A DNA stretch of 64,000 nt from Oikopleura dioica (lineage: Eukaryota; Animalia; Chordata), in contig OU015567.1 in the NCBI GenBank assembly GCA_907165135.1, positions 12,958,001 through 13,022,000 of the forward strand, read 5' to 3'. Below the pieces are notes generated by a model. That model was not told where the DNA came from. It ran no database searches and saw only the letters and a list, made by a program, of their open reading frames with translations. Shown piece by piece: positions 23,501-35,148 of this stretch. How positions within the stretch are numbered: position 1 is the stretch's first letter; each line of letters opens with the position of its first letter. A program made the position numbers and the translations under genes.

Positions 23501-25804
23501 TGCCGAGAATTCGGGGCCATGTTCATCGCCTTGAAATGCCTTGAAATTTTCCACAGCGGTAAATCGACTCCGGCCACTCCAAAGAGCCGTGTTATATCTG
23601 GCTTTTCCACGTCAGTTCTGTAAATTCCAACTGTGCTGGACAGTATCATATCCTGAACATCTACCCCTCCTATTGACGTTTTAGAGTAGACTTCGCTCCA
23701 TTTTGGGGCTAAGTGTCGGATTTTGATCAGTTTTAAAAAAATGGCTTTGAACAAGATCAAATCCATTGCTTGATAATAGGAGTTTTTGGCATTGGCAAGC
23801 TGTCTATTCATCACGTGGTAAAACTTCATGACATTTTCTTTCACATCAGCAGGAGAAGCGACATGCGAGAAGTAACCGCAATGAGTACAAGCTTTCTTAG
23901 GTTAGTTACAGTTTTTCCGCCTTATTTTTCGAGCACCGAAGACACTCAAGTCTTGATTATTCACTGGACTCATTAAACAAACCCGTTCCTATTTTTTTCA
24001 GGCGAGATGCATATTTGATGTCTTTCCCGATTAGATAAGTGAATATTCTTATATTATGCATTTCCACTTCCATCATTCCGATCGACTTTTTTACTTCATT
24101 GAAGCGAGCGAGATCCTGCGACAAAACCCCATCCGTTACGAAGAGCATGGCGCGCGATGTGCTCACTGGCCGGTTCGAGTTCTTGAGCACTCGGTAGCCA
24201 GTTTCAAGGGCAGACGTAAAATTTGCTACTCCCGTCGTTTCCACTTTCTGCAATCGAACGGCGAATTCAGCTTTGACTTTGTCCGTTGCACGGAAGAGTT
24301 TGTTCTCGTAGCACGGATGTACGAATCGCGTTTGATCATTGTAGCTGATGATTGTGAAGTAATCCTTTGAAGTCAAGCTCTCGATGATATTTCGTATCGT
24401 TAGCGTCGCTAGAATTTGACGATAACCTCATTTAAAGGTTGATAGCTATGATCTAATTAGACTAAGAAGCGGGTTTATACAAATTGCAATTAACTCCAGG
24501 TCGTTAATTAAATCGAAAGCGATTGGAATCGATTTGTCCTAGCTCCCCGAACTGACTATAAACCTTTTTCCTTTCATTGAGCCCGACGCATCGAGGGCAA
24601 TGACGACCTCTTTGGGGTAATTGATCGTCCCAATGTACCAATGTTCGAAACGCGCGTCGTAGTCGATAGGTCTGTCAAACTCGTCCTTCCTCTTCCACTG
24701 CGGAGTTGGGTAAAATCTAGTGAAGCCAGAAGACGAGGCGAAATATTGCCAGCTTGAGACGCGGCCTTTGCGGATGTTTTGATAGAAGTTTTGGTCGAGT
24801 TCCTTTCTTTGTTTCATCGATGAACATGGGAGATTAAAGTAAGAAATGAAGAATCCTGCGATTGATTTTTAGTGAAACATTCCTTAGTGTACGTCGCTCC
24901 CCTGACAACTTCGGTTGATAAAGAATAGACATTGAAAGGTACGTGGACTGCTGACTGGTCAAACGAAACATCTGTTTTTCGGGGTGCCTCGATTGTTTCT
25001 AGCGTTTTCTCACGATCTGCGGACAACGCAAGCTGTTAAATAAATCAGCGCCCGGTTCCTATCTCCCCATTCGCAAAGCATTTGTCCTGCTGCATATTCG
25101 AAATCGTCATGTTGCGCAGCGAGCTGTACTTATCATCTTCATCTTAAATTTTCATCCATTTACTTGGATTTCAAATGCATTATGAATGCATTTAAGAAAT
25201 GAATATGAATCCTAAGGAAATAAGAGATAGGCAATTTTAAATATTTTCTCGCTCAAGAGAAGATGAAATAATTTATTGGGGCCTATTTTAGATAATGAAA
25301 AATTACCTATAAAAAGATAAGGGTGCAATATTAACCTGTATTAACATAGCCGGCATTGTAATAAGTTTCATTTTCCCAAGCCGCGCCCTTGCTTGATTTC
25401 TCTGAAGACCAGTTGAACTTGCCAATACTTCTCTTCAGTGCTTCTTTGATCTCTTTTACGGCGGCTTCTGTGTTGGCTATTTCTCTGTCTACGTTCTTTG
25501 CAAGATCATCAAGCTGCTTTGTGAAGTTTGTGCGAAATGATGTGATTTCTGAGGACTCGGATGATATTGGATTGCGGATGTCTGGCCGCCATTTTGAGAT
25601 TTGATTGTTCATGTGCATTTCGACATTGTTGGATCTTTTACCAAATCCTTGCTGAACAAAAGTGTTCGCAGAAGACAGTTCTAATTTTGTACTAACCTCA
25701 ATTTTTCTTGTTAAATCTTCGCTCACAAATCCAACACTTTTATAAAGATCGATCGCCTCTGTCGCCTGTAAAACTGTAAAAATTCGAATGGGAAAGAACT
25801 TCAT
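20565..25804 (-). CDS. Voltage-gated calcium channel alpha2/delta auxiliary subunit (CACNA2D-like)
   Basis: WQYFASSSGFTRFYP, vWA MIDAS VVIALDASGSM, Cache-domain FLLNKSGFVIIHP and CFVIDDFGYVYLS, C-terminal hydrophobic GPI-type tail (GCSGCAFQVINLSLFFLLLLHCLN*). Confidence 0.92.
22138..22874. mobile_element. Fold-back MITE, 737 bp, ~299-bp inverted arms, TTAA target duplication (Kolobok-like termini)
   Basis: Arm 22138-22436 is the reverse complement of 22576-22874, with about 4 mismatches seen. Flanked by TTAA at 22134-22137 and 22875-22878. Termini are GGG...CCC and there is no ORF. Confidence 0.9.
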
Positions 25805-26121
25805 TGTCTGTCTCTGTATATTTATTTTCGTGTGGTTTCTGGTCAAGTTTTTATTATTCCTTGTCGAAAGTCGGAGACTCAGAAATTGATGCGCAAGCCG
25901 CGCATGTGGCGCCACCAGCTGACTTTAGCTCGCTATCAATTTTTCAAATTGGAAATCCCTAATAAATCATTTGCGGGAATATCTGCTGGTTTAGGTGGAC
26001 CATTCTATTGTGGTAGCAAGTTTTTCTGATATTATTTTTTATCCTGAATTTGAATATTTTGACTCATCACCAATAATGACTTCCGCTCCAAATCAAAATC
26101 AATTTTCAATAATTCTTCGAA

Positions 26122-27430
26122 ATGTCAGAGAACGTTCCCTCGATAAGCATCCAAAACCTCCGTCATTCTGCAGAAGAGCGGCAAAAGCTCTTCAAGGGTT
26201 TGACAAAAGTCGGCTTCCTGTACATTTGCGACCACGGTGTCCCAAAATCAATTACCGACCGAGTCAAGAGACTATCGCCGGACGTTTTTCTTGCTGACAA
26301 ATGGGAAAGACAAGAGCTCGCACAATGGAGAGAGGGAAAACTTTCGTACGGAGATATTTACAACGAAAAAGACCAACGCGTGGTGAATGAAAGATCCGAT
26401 GTCAAATTGGACAAGAAGGAAATCGATGAAGCGTTTTTCGATTATATTTCAGAAATGTACAGAGTTGGTATGTTTCGAGTTTTGGCAAAGTTAATTCATT
26501 ATTAGGGGAAATCCTTGTTTACTGGGTCGAAAAAGTCTTGGGACTTAAAAATGGCGCTCTTTCAGAAGCGTATGGAAAAGACCCCATTCTTGTTCAGGAG
26601 AGGATACTGAAAATAGCGATGTTCATTCTAGTGCTAAAGGTATCCTCATAAAAGCATATTAACTACTATCATACTAAGCCTAATGAACGATGGGCTTTTG
26701 TGGAACATGTTGATAGAAACTGGTTGATAAATGTTTTATTTCGCCGTGACTCTTCGTTGATTTCAACCAGAAAAAAGTAGTATTTTGACCTTCCTCATGC
26801 AAAGTGAAGTCGGCGGCTTGGAGATGGATTTCAATGGTAGATGGGAGGAAGTTCCATTTAGAGAGAACACCTTTACCGTCAATCTGGGGAATATACTTGA
26901 GCATGCGACTTATGGTGTCGTCAAAGGTGAACAATAATGCATCGAATAGAGTAGATTGGAGTAAATTCAGCGACCTGGCATCGAGTAAGAATGCCCGCAA
27001 ATCAAAAGCGACATCAGTGGCCGACTTTCTTCACGTTGAGCCCGAAGTCAACTTTGTTTCAAATTCAAGACTTTGCGTGGAACAAGGACAACTACCAGCG
27101 TCGTCTGATTGAGGCTCGTAAACAAACTAAACTGAGCTAAAATGAATTATTAATAGGAACGTGCTCGTATTATCGGCAACGATAATCGCCACCAAGCAGA
27201 AGTTCTTACACCGGATACAAATATTCTTGAGTGGCTAAAAGAACACTCAAAAGAATTCGAGGTAAAATTCTCCGATTGCACTGACTGTTATAATTTAAAA
27301 GGCGCGAAAAGATTTCCCGAAAGTGGATTCACAAATTTTGGAGATGGTTTCGCGGAAACAAGGGGATGAAATTGGATATGATGTGGCGGAAAACGAGTTT
27401 AGATATCAAAACTACGAGTCAAAAAAGTGA
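26122..27430 (+). CDS. 2-oxoglutarate/Fe(II)-dependent dioxygenase (IPNS/DIOX-like)
   Basis: DIOX_N-type start VPSISIQNL...VGFLYICDHGV, HVD, ILTFLMQSEVGGLE..GRWEEVP..TFTVNLGNILEHAT...TWHRV. 3' exons join via a GC-AG intron 27114-27156 to the stop at 27430. Confidence 0.85.
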
Positions 27431-27809
27431 TTATTTTTGCAGTTTTTTGTACAGCAGATGTAAAATAAATTTCAACAGTGAGAATCACGGTATTCGCTTA
27501 TCTTTCAAAAACCTAAAAACAAAACCAAAATGAGGCTAACTTGATACGCTTGTTACGACGATAGACTGACAGTCGGTATTTCTAGCGACACGAAAAAAAA
27601 TCTGATTTGGCCTCGGGTATACCGTATACGTTGAAGTTCATGTCTGGAACGGGTTTTTAAATTCGAAATTTATTTCGGGACGTTGAAGTTGAGCACTCTG
27701 AAGTTGACAGCTCTTGTACGCTGCACGCGGTTAAACTTACACCACCAAGAATGCTTGGTGCCCAGCATTATATAAAGACTATTAACGAGCTGATTTTCAA
27801 AGAGAAACT

Positions 27810-28866
27810 ATGAAAGTCTTTACCAGTTTGATTTTAGGCTCCTTTTTCGACCGGGCCCAATCCACAACCACTTTTACCCCCGTCCAAGGAATTGCTAAAA
27901 CTGCATTCGAAGGAGAGATTCGATGCAGAAAACTTGGAGGTCATCTTGCTTTCTTCCGAAATGCAGCTGAGTTCGAGGATTTCAACGAAGCAACAGGCCA
28001 CGGCGGTAGCAATCACTGGATCGGTGTCCAGCAAATTGGATCCTCATCAACCTTTAAGAACGTTGACGGAACAACACCATGGCTGAATTGGAACAACGGC
28101 GAGCCAAATAACTCAGAGGAACGATGTGTTGAGCTATACGTTCAGCCGGGTGATGAACCTGCTGTTATGAACGATAAATCATGCTCCGCCAGCAGATTGT
28201 ATAGTTGCCGAATCGACGATCCCCCAACTTGCGCAGACATCGAGCCTAACTGTAACGCGTCAAATTGCGCGACGGGCGGTTTCGAACAAATGTTTTGCCC
28301 AAAGACATTTGGGCTCTGCGACACTTGGACGCCTCAAACCATCGGTGATTTAACCTTTTTGGATAATTGGACTTCTGAAACCTGTGTTGACAAAAGCCCG
28401 GCTTGCGAAGGGTGGGCAAGTCGAAACCAATGCATGGTTAATCCAGTGTACATGCTGAAAAAACTGCCCTGTCAGTTGCAAGCAATGTGAGCCAACCTGC
28501 GCTGGATTTTTGGAACTACCTGATGACATAACCATGTCCTTCTCGAAAGCCAAACGAACTTGTGCTGTAATGGGAGGATCACTCGCATACTTCGACTCTG
28601 AAGAAGAGTACAATGTGTTCAGAGCTGGTAGAAGCGCTGAGCGTAATGATTGGATCGGCATCAAAAGGAATTCAAGACTTTTCAAGACAGTTGCGAAGAC
28701 TATTCCCAGCTGGACAAACTGGAAAGACGGCGAGCCTAGCATGGATGACACGACTAAAGCTTGTGTCAAGGCAGGATACACGGGTCGTTGGAACGATGAA
28801 GACTGCAACACCAAGTTCCAAGTCACGTGCAGATTCGAGGATTCTAGCTACTGCGAACTCTATTAA
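27810..28866 (+). CDS. Secreted C-type lectin - ShK - ShK - C-type lectin protein (one frame break)
   Basis: Signal peptide, CRD1 with EPN...MND, two ShK Cys patterns, CRD2 with EPS...WND. Removing one A from run 28458-28463 joins the two ORFs (MLKNCPVSCKQCEPTC). Confidence 0.88.
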
Positions 28867-29164
28867 GAATCCCTCATTTGAGCTCTAGCAAGAGGAAAAC
28901 TTGCTGCTTTCGATGAAATAAGATATTCTCAATAAACTGTTATCTTTGATAAAAAATGATTTCTTTTATTGCATTTGAACAGAGTAAAGAAGATTCGTTC
29001 GACTATAGGTAAGCACAAAGAGTAGGCGTCAGATACAGTATGTTGTTTTGCATTTTTTTCTTTCGAAATGATCAGGAATTCGGTCTCATGGCTTTGAAGA
29101 GATTCTGGAAGAGAAGAGGTCTTCTATGTCTTCACTGTTGAAGTCCATGTAGTTTTGTTTTTCC

Positions 29165-30053
29165 TTAGCAGCTATGGAACTTTACACAAGAGCAGCCGTG
29201 AGTGATAACATCCTCGATTTCTACGATTTGATGATTTTGCGTAATAAGGCGGATTGAACTTGTTGATGTGGCAGCGCATCCGACATTTTTCGAGATGCTG
29301 GTTTCATGAATCGAGTCATAGCTAAAAATGGAAATGAGAAAAGAACGATTCTTCCCAGACAAAATAGAAGCATCTGGCGACGGATGTTTATAGATAGATA
29401 TAAATGAGCATATTTTTACATAAGAAGTAGTCATATTTTTTGAAGGCTGAACTTACAGATGATTTTTGCCTCTGATCAGGGATCCAGGGCAGAATCCTCC
29501 ACACATTCCAAGGTTGAGGTACCACTTTCCTCTTATTTCTAGCACGGATGGGTGATTTTCTTTCCCAACCAAGCGGGCTTTTGTATACGATTCCATATGC
29601 TGAATATAAAAATTGAGAATTACTCAATTTGATGCTGGAATAATAACGAGAAGTTCAGGATGAAATCCGGTTAGCGCACGTGTCTCATTAATCAGTTTGT
29701 ATATAGTGTACTTTCTTACCTCGATGGAAAGATAAAGATCGTGAAGAGAACATTTCGTATTTTCGCAAAAATCTTGACGATGATAGAATATTTGTTTGGT
29801 GTTTCGGGCGGATCTTGCCAAAGAAAGCGGACTGATGCTTTCTGAGCTAGAAAAAAATTAATCTTCTTGCATTTTCTTTTTATATTTACCTGAAACAATG
29901 AGGTGGCACAACAAATTTATCCTGTTGACTTGGCAAACTGACTGGAGACTGATGGGCACACTCGATTATCTCCGATAGTTTTTTGACGAGTAGATCTGGC
30001 GTAGTTGCTGCAACGAGTTTTAAAAGAAGAACTGCCTTGACAATATTTGACAT
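29165..30053 (-). CDS. Divergent TGF-beta superfamily ligand (196 aa)
   Basis: Four GT-AG exons (30053-29890, 29846-29720, 29599-29457, 29321-29165) total 591 nt in frame. Signal peptide, RSAR furin site, CSLHDLYL, CGGFCP (CxGxC), NH, GCAATST and CSC. Confidence 0.85.
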
Positions 30054-31462
30054 TTTCCACTGATTATTTGGGATATTTTTGTTTTTCTTTGTGCGGAATG
30101 AGCAAATAAGTGGTGTGAGTTTTAGTGTTCCGAAATTGCTTATATGCTTTGAGAACTACAACTTAGGGGCGCTAGCGACGCGCGGTGTGTTTCGCGTCGA
30201 GGATGATGGCGCCCTGATTGACTTTTAGTCGTGATAAGGTTCTTTCAATTTCGTCTTCGACCACTGAAGTGCAGATTCTGGTATCAAAATTACATTCTCG
30301 CGCATGGATAGATGAATTCTCAGAATCTATCGAGTAGTTGCATCTGCATACAGTATGCAGCATACTGATGAATATTCTTCGGGGATCATTTAACAAAAAA
30401 CATATGAATATATAATGTGACGTATATTTCTTAATAACTTATTATTATTGAAAGAAACTTTTCTACGTAAAAATATAATGGAACATAACATAACATAGTT
30501 TTATGTAATGTGAATTTTCTGTTATCCTTCTTAATCATACCGATATAATCATAACTGTATGAGATACAGTGTATATAAAGACAGATTGTAGGTGTACCTA
30601 GCAATGTAAGTTTCGCCCATGTCGTCACACTATCAACTGATTGTATATCATAGCTATATATAAAAGGCTACATATTATATAGCCTACAAATCCTACTATC
30701 ATCCTGTGATTCTATAGAAGTCAGTCTATCAGTCTAATACAATCAGTAGTCTATCAGAAACAGAAATTTATATGTATAGACTATACAGTATAGTATATTC
30801 TATGTATAAGTATAACATATTCTAAAAAATCCTCAATAAGAATCATAGCGTTAGAATGAAGTGCGTCTCCAGGAAAGAAGCTTACTACTGTCGAAAAATT
30901 CTCTACCCTTTATCCGCCAATGACCTTTTATGGTCGGAACTAATTTTGATTCCCTTTGAAAATGTCATTAGTCAATAGTTACGACTGTCGCAGAAAATTT
31001 AACTCACTGTTACTTATTGCTTCTATTGCTCTGTAAAGTTGACATCGTCAACCAAATGATTAGTAAAATAACTTTTTGACTGAATAATTTCATGTAGGTT
31101 TATTAATGAAAGCATTCAGATTAGTATTGTTCTGATAGCATGCTCTCCAGTCACCAGACGAAGCGCAACTTTGAAGCCAGAAGATTGCCACATAATCTTA
31201 ATAGTATTTAGGCATATAGGGTATATGATATACCGTAAATCATATATTTAGGCATCTATAAAAGGCGTGTCTCTCGGTACGTCTCGTCGTTGAAATTCTC
31301 TTGACCGTTTAGGATGAGTCGAAATAGCTCGATTTTGACAAACGCGATATATCATATAGAATGGTATATGATGGGATATATCATATATGGAATTTTTATA
31401 ATTTATCAATAACGTAATGTTCAACGAAATCTCCTATGTGGACATTGAATTTCCATAAATTT

Positions 31463-34390
31463 TCACTTACTGATGCTCCAGAAATAATAAATGCTTCCCA
31501 CGATAGCCACAAAGCAATAGACATAAAGCTTACTTGGGATCCAGTCTAGCAATAAAATCTAGTCAATGTTATCAGTTTGATGTCTTTGGATCCCAAACAG
31601 TAGACTGTCTATTATCAGCGCGATGTACCTCCACTCATCACTTACAGTACTTTCATCGTCGTTTTGCTGCATCGTTGTAGTGATGAAATCTAAATGAACC
31701 GCCTCAACCTCTTGAATAGTAACGCACATTCTCAGTTTTAAAAGCCGCTTTCTGAATTTCTATTTTAAGTTCTCTCAGCAGCTGCGAATGTAATCATATG
31801 GAAACAACGCTTTTGAAATTGGGAGCAGTTCTTAAGTTCTTCAATTTGATTGTAATCGTTTTGGTATTGAATCAATTTTGAGATTAAGCTTACCGATAGC
31901 TTCTACCGCTGGCCTGAAACGGGCTTCTTTCTCTAATACCGTATTAACTTGTTTTCGTGAAACGAAGCCCGATTCCTGAGTTCTCGCGCTAATGGCCGTG
32001 TTGTATTTCGCACTGATGTCGACATCGCCTTTCTATCTTGAGAATAATCTTCAATTGTACCTCGTTTACGCACGTATAACAAAGAGATTAGACCTCGTGC
32101 TTTTTAGAACTTGATTTCAATGAAAATTACGATCCTGAACAACCAAATAGCTTCGAATGGGTGTTAAACATAATTTCTGACGCTACAGCTTTTCCCCCGT
32201 CTTCTTCAAGCTCTAGTTCGTAGCACATTGATGTCGTTTTCGCTAGAGAATCGTTAGATATAGAATGGAAGATGTTCCCTTACTATCTTCTCCGTGAGAG
32301 TTTCTTCTTGGCATATCAATTTCAAAAGGAGGGGGTCTCTTGATATTCAAATATCTCGCGATGTAGTCAATGAAGATGACTTGAAAATATCGAGGAAGCT
32401 TGTGAGTCGCGCTCGATCGGAAGTGTACATTACAAACGACGACGCTCATAATCACGGAGAAAGATACCATCATGATTGTAAACAGCAGATAGCTACTTTT
32501 GAAAGGCTCATTTAAGCAATTAGATTTTATCCTTTTAATAAATCTGTCTAAAATGGCGTAATAGTTTCTTGAATTAAATTTTTCAAGCCGTATCCTGAGA
32601 AGCGGTATTTCCATCGACGTTTCTGGAGTATGCTTACAAAGAAAATAAATCATAAGCTTCCGTCTGCCCTCACCTTAGCTAAGAGCGTAAGAAAGACTGT
32701 CTGTCCGATCAAAATGGAAATTGAAAGCGTCATTTTTTCGCAGGCATCCGTTGGGAGGTAGAAGACGAAAATAGAGAGGAAGAACATTAGCCATATAGGG
32801 AGAATCATGCTAAAAGATATCATTCGATTTTCTTTAAGGGCAAAGCTGTGACATAGCTATGGGTGTAAGCTGTGACATTTATCAAAATATTTGACAGATG
32901 CTCTTATGAGCGATGACTGAGTTAACGGAAAAAGCTACAAGGAAGGAAAAAGAATCTTCGAGGTCATACTTACTTCAGGATGTAGAATAGGGGCATTCGT
33001 TGGAAGTGATATTCAAAGTGAATCTCCTTGAAAGACAGGTCGGAGTCCATAGAATCGACAATCGAGATATTTGTTCGCAACTTTAATTGGCTTTTTAACA
33101 TACTTTTTTACAAACTTAAGGTACAAATGAATATAAGCCCGAGTCACAAAACCCACTCGGCAGAAACATTTGAGCCTTCAACATAAGAAGTTTCGCCGGC
33201 AAATGTTAGGTTGTAGTCGAGATATGAGTTTTCTGCTCAGGATAAAAAGTGTTCAACTACAAGTAGCTTGTTAGTAAGCAAGCAAAGCGTGTTAAAATGA
33301 TTGTCTTTCAGTAAGCCTTTCCAGAACCCATTCAGCGGAAACATTTGAGCCTTCTACATACGACGTTTCAAGAGCAAAGTCATAGTTAAAATCCAGATTG
33401 CGCGCGTCTAATTCTAGGGCTAAAGCAAGCGAGCGAGAGCAGGTTAACTTGAGCTTGAGCTTTATCCCGTAACAAAGTCGGTGGATCGGAAAATCAAACT
33501 GCATTTTTGTCGATCTATTTTTGATAAAAAATATAATTAGACTAGTAGCCATGGAGTTGACCGATTGATTCTCTAAGTCTATTTTCTGAAACCAATTATA
33601 ATTATCAAATCCTTTACAAAGGGAAAGACCTTGACATTCAGCGAGCAAGTAGATTTATAAAGAGCTGCAGATAATTCTTCAAGAATAGATCTATCATAGA
33701 TGTACAATTATATGAAACATAGTAATTCAATTTTACTTTGCCTTGGATCCAATACACATTATCCAAGACAATTAATATACAAGAAGCTTTTACGCATATA
33801 AATATCGTGAATAAAGGTAGATTTATGCAATCATGAATTATTCGCCGGCACTCTTATTTTCGAAGAACCTATCCTGGCGGCATCCATGAAATATATCCAG
33901 TGTTGTAGAGCTTCAACTTCGTTTTGAACTTAGTTTCAAACACACCGTCCTTGTTGTTGTAGAACACCGTTCCAGGCTTCCAAATTAATTGGCTATTGAT
34001 ATTCGTCACCGATATATTGCTATTAATTAATGAGAAAAACGAAAATCAATTAAAGGTACTTATAGTCTTCTGGATTCCAGCTAAGGCGTTCATCAGTCCA
34101 GTCAACCACGTTATATCCTATTAATTGCTTTAGATGAGCAATAAAATCGTATGGCTTACCGGCCATGACAATTTCTTCCTCTCGCATCTTTATTGTAAGA
34201 AGGCGTTGAACAACCATGGCTCAGGTGGAGGTTTTTTTTAATAGCTCTAATACAATTCACAAAGATTATATAAAGTGATAAAACCGTAAAGTGATTTTCT
34301 ACCGCGCTTGAATAGACAAGCATTTTTGATTATATAATAAAATCATCCGATGATAATTGAAAAGAAACGAGATGAACTTCATGGAATTTG
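31463..34390 (-). CDS. Nicotinic acetylcholine receptor non-alpha subunit (gamma/delta/epsilon-like M2)
   Basis: WTDERLSWNPEDY, IWKPGTVFYNNKDG, WMPPALYKSTCSLNVKVFPF(D)RQKC, QRMPLFYILN, M2 EKMTLSISILIGQTVFLTLLAK, M3 YLLFTIMMV..VVCNVHFRS, pre-M4 DEWRYIALIID. No vicinal CC in loop C. Both ends are approximate. Confidence 0.9.
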
Positions 34391-35148
34391 TATAACCTCC
34401 GTCCCGAAATTAACTATAATTGGCGACTGCATTCCATCCTCCATCATTTGATTTGAAAACGGAGCGATGTTCTTTTCTAATAAAATTCAAAACATAAAAT
34501 TTGCAAAAATTATTGAAAGATACCATAGCCGGAGAGAATCGTCTTTTGTAATTTATTCTCCCACCATCCAGGCGGAAGCTGAGGACGAATCATTTTCGCA
34601 ATATTTTGTGCATTTGCAAGATGAAATACGAATAGGGCAATTAGCGTACTTTTCATTCTCTTTCGCTCTTATTTTTTGCGTATTTTCGCACCTCCTAGTT
34701 AGCGCCCATGGCCAGCTGATAGCGCGATTTGCAGCTTTTTCTTTTAGGTAGAGGATGAAAGGAACCATCCTGTAAAAGACACAAGGTCTTAAGGGGATGG
34801 TGGTCGAGAATCGTATTTCTTTCAACAAGAAGAAGATCTTGGTCTTCTTAGTTGATGATCATGATTTTTCCTACCAACGCACCAAAAGATTATGGAAATT
34901 GACGTTTTTCCGTCAACGTTAAGTATTTTCTCTTCCTAATTTCGATGAGTAGAACTTGACCAAATAGTGAGGCGAATAATTTATTGGCAAAATCATAACT
35001 TATTGATGAAGAGGCAGCGTTTTGAGAACACTGTGGTATGAGAAGATCAGTTGTAGTAATGTGGCTTTATACCAGTATAAAGCAGAAAAATGGCAGTTTG
35101 AGAAGAGGGTAAATTTTTGTACAGTTTAGTTTAAGTGTGTTTGGATTA

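Noticed and set aside
30400-30830. AT-rich low-complexity tract (similar one at 37300-37400) as an element or ncRNA
   Set aside because: Only short degenerate AT repeats, with no terminal repeats or structure.
33515-33617. Apparent exotic intron (GT..TA or TA..AG) at the Cys-loop FPF|D junction
   Set aside because: A single missing G (TTT G|gtaaag) gives a normal GT-AG intron, so sequencing error is more parsimonious.
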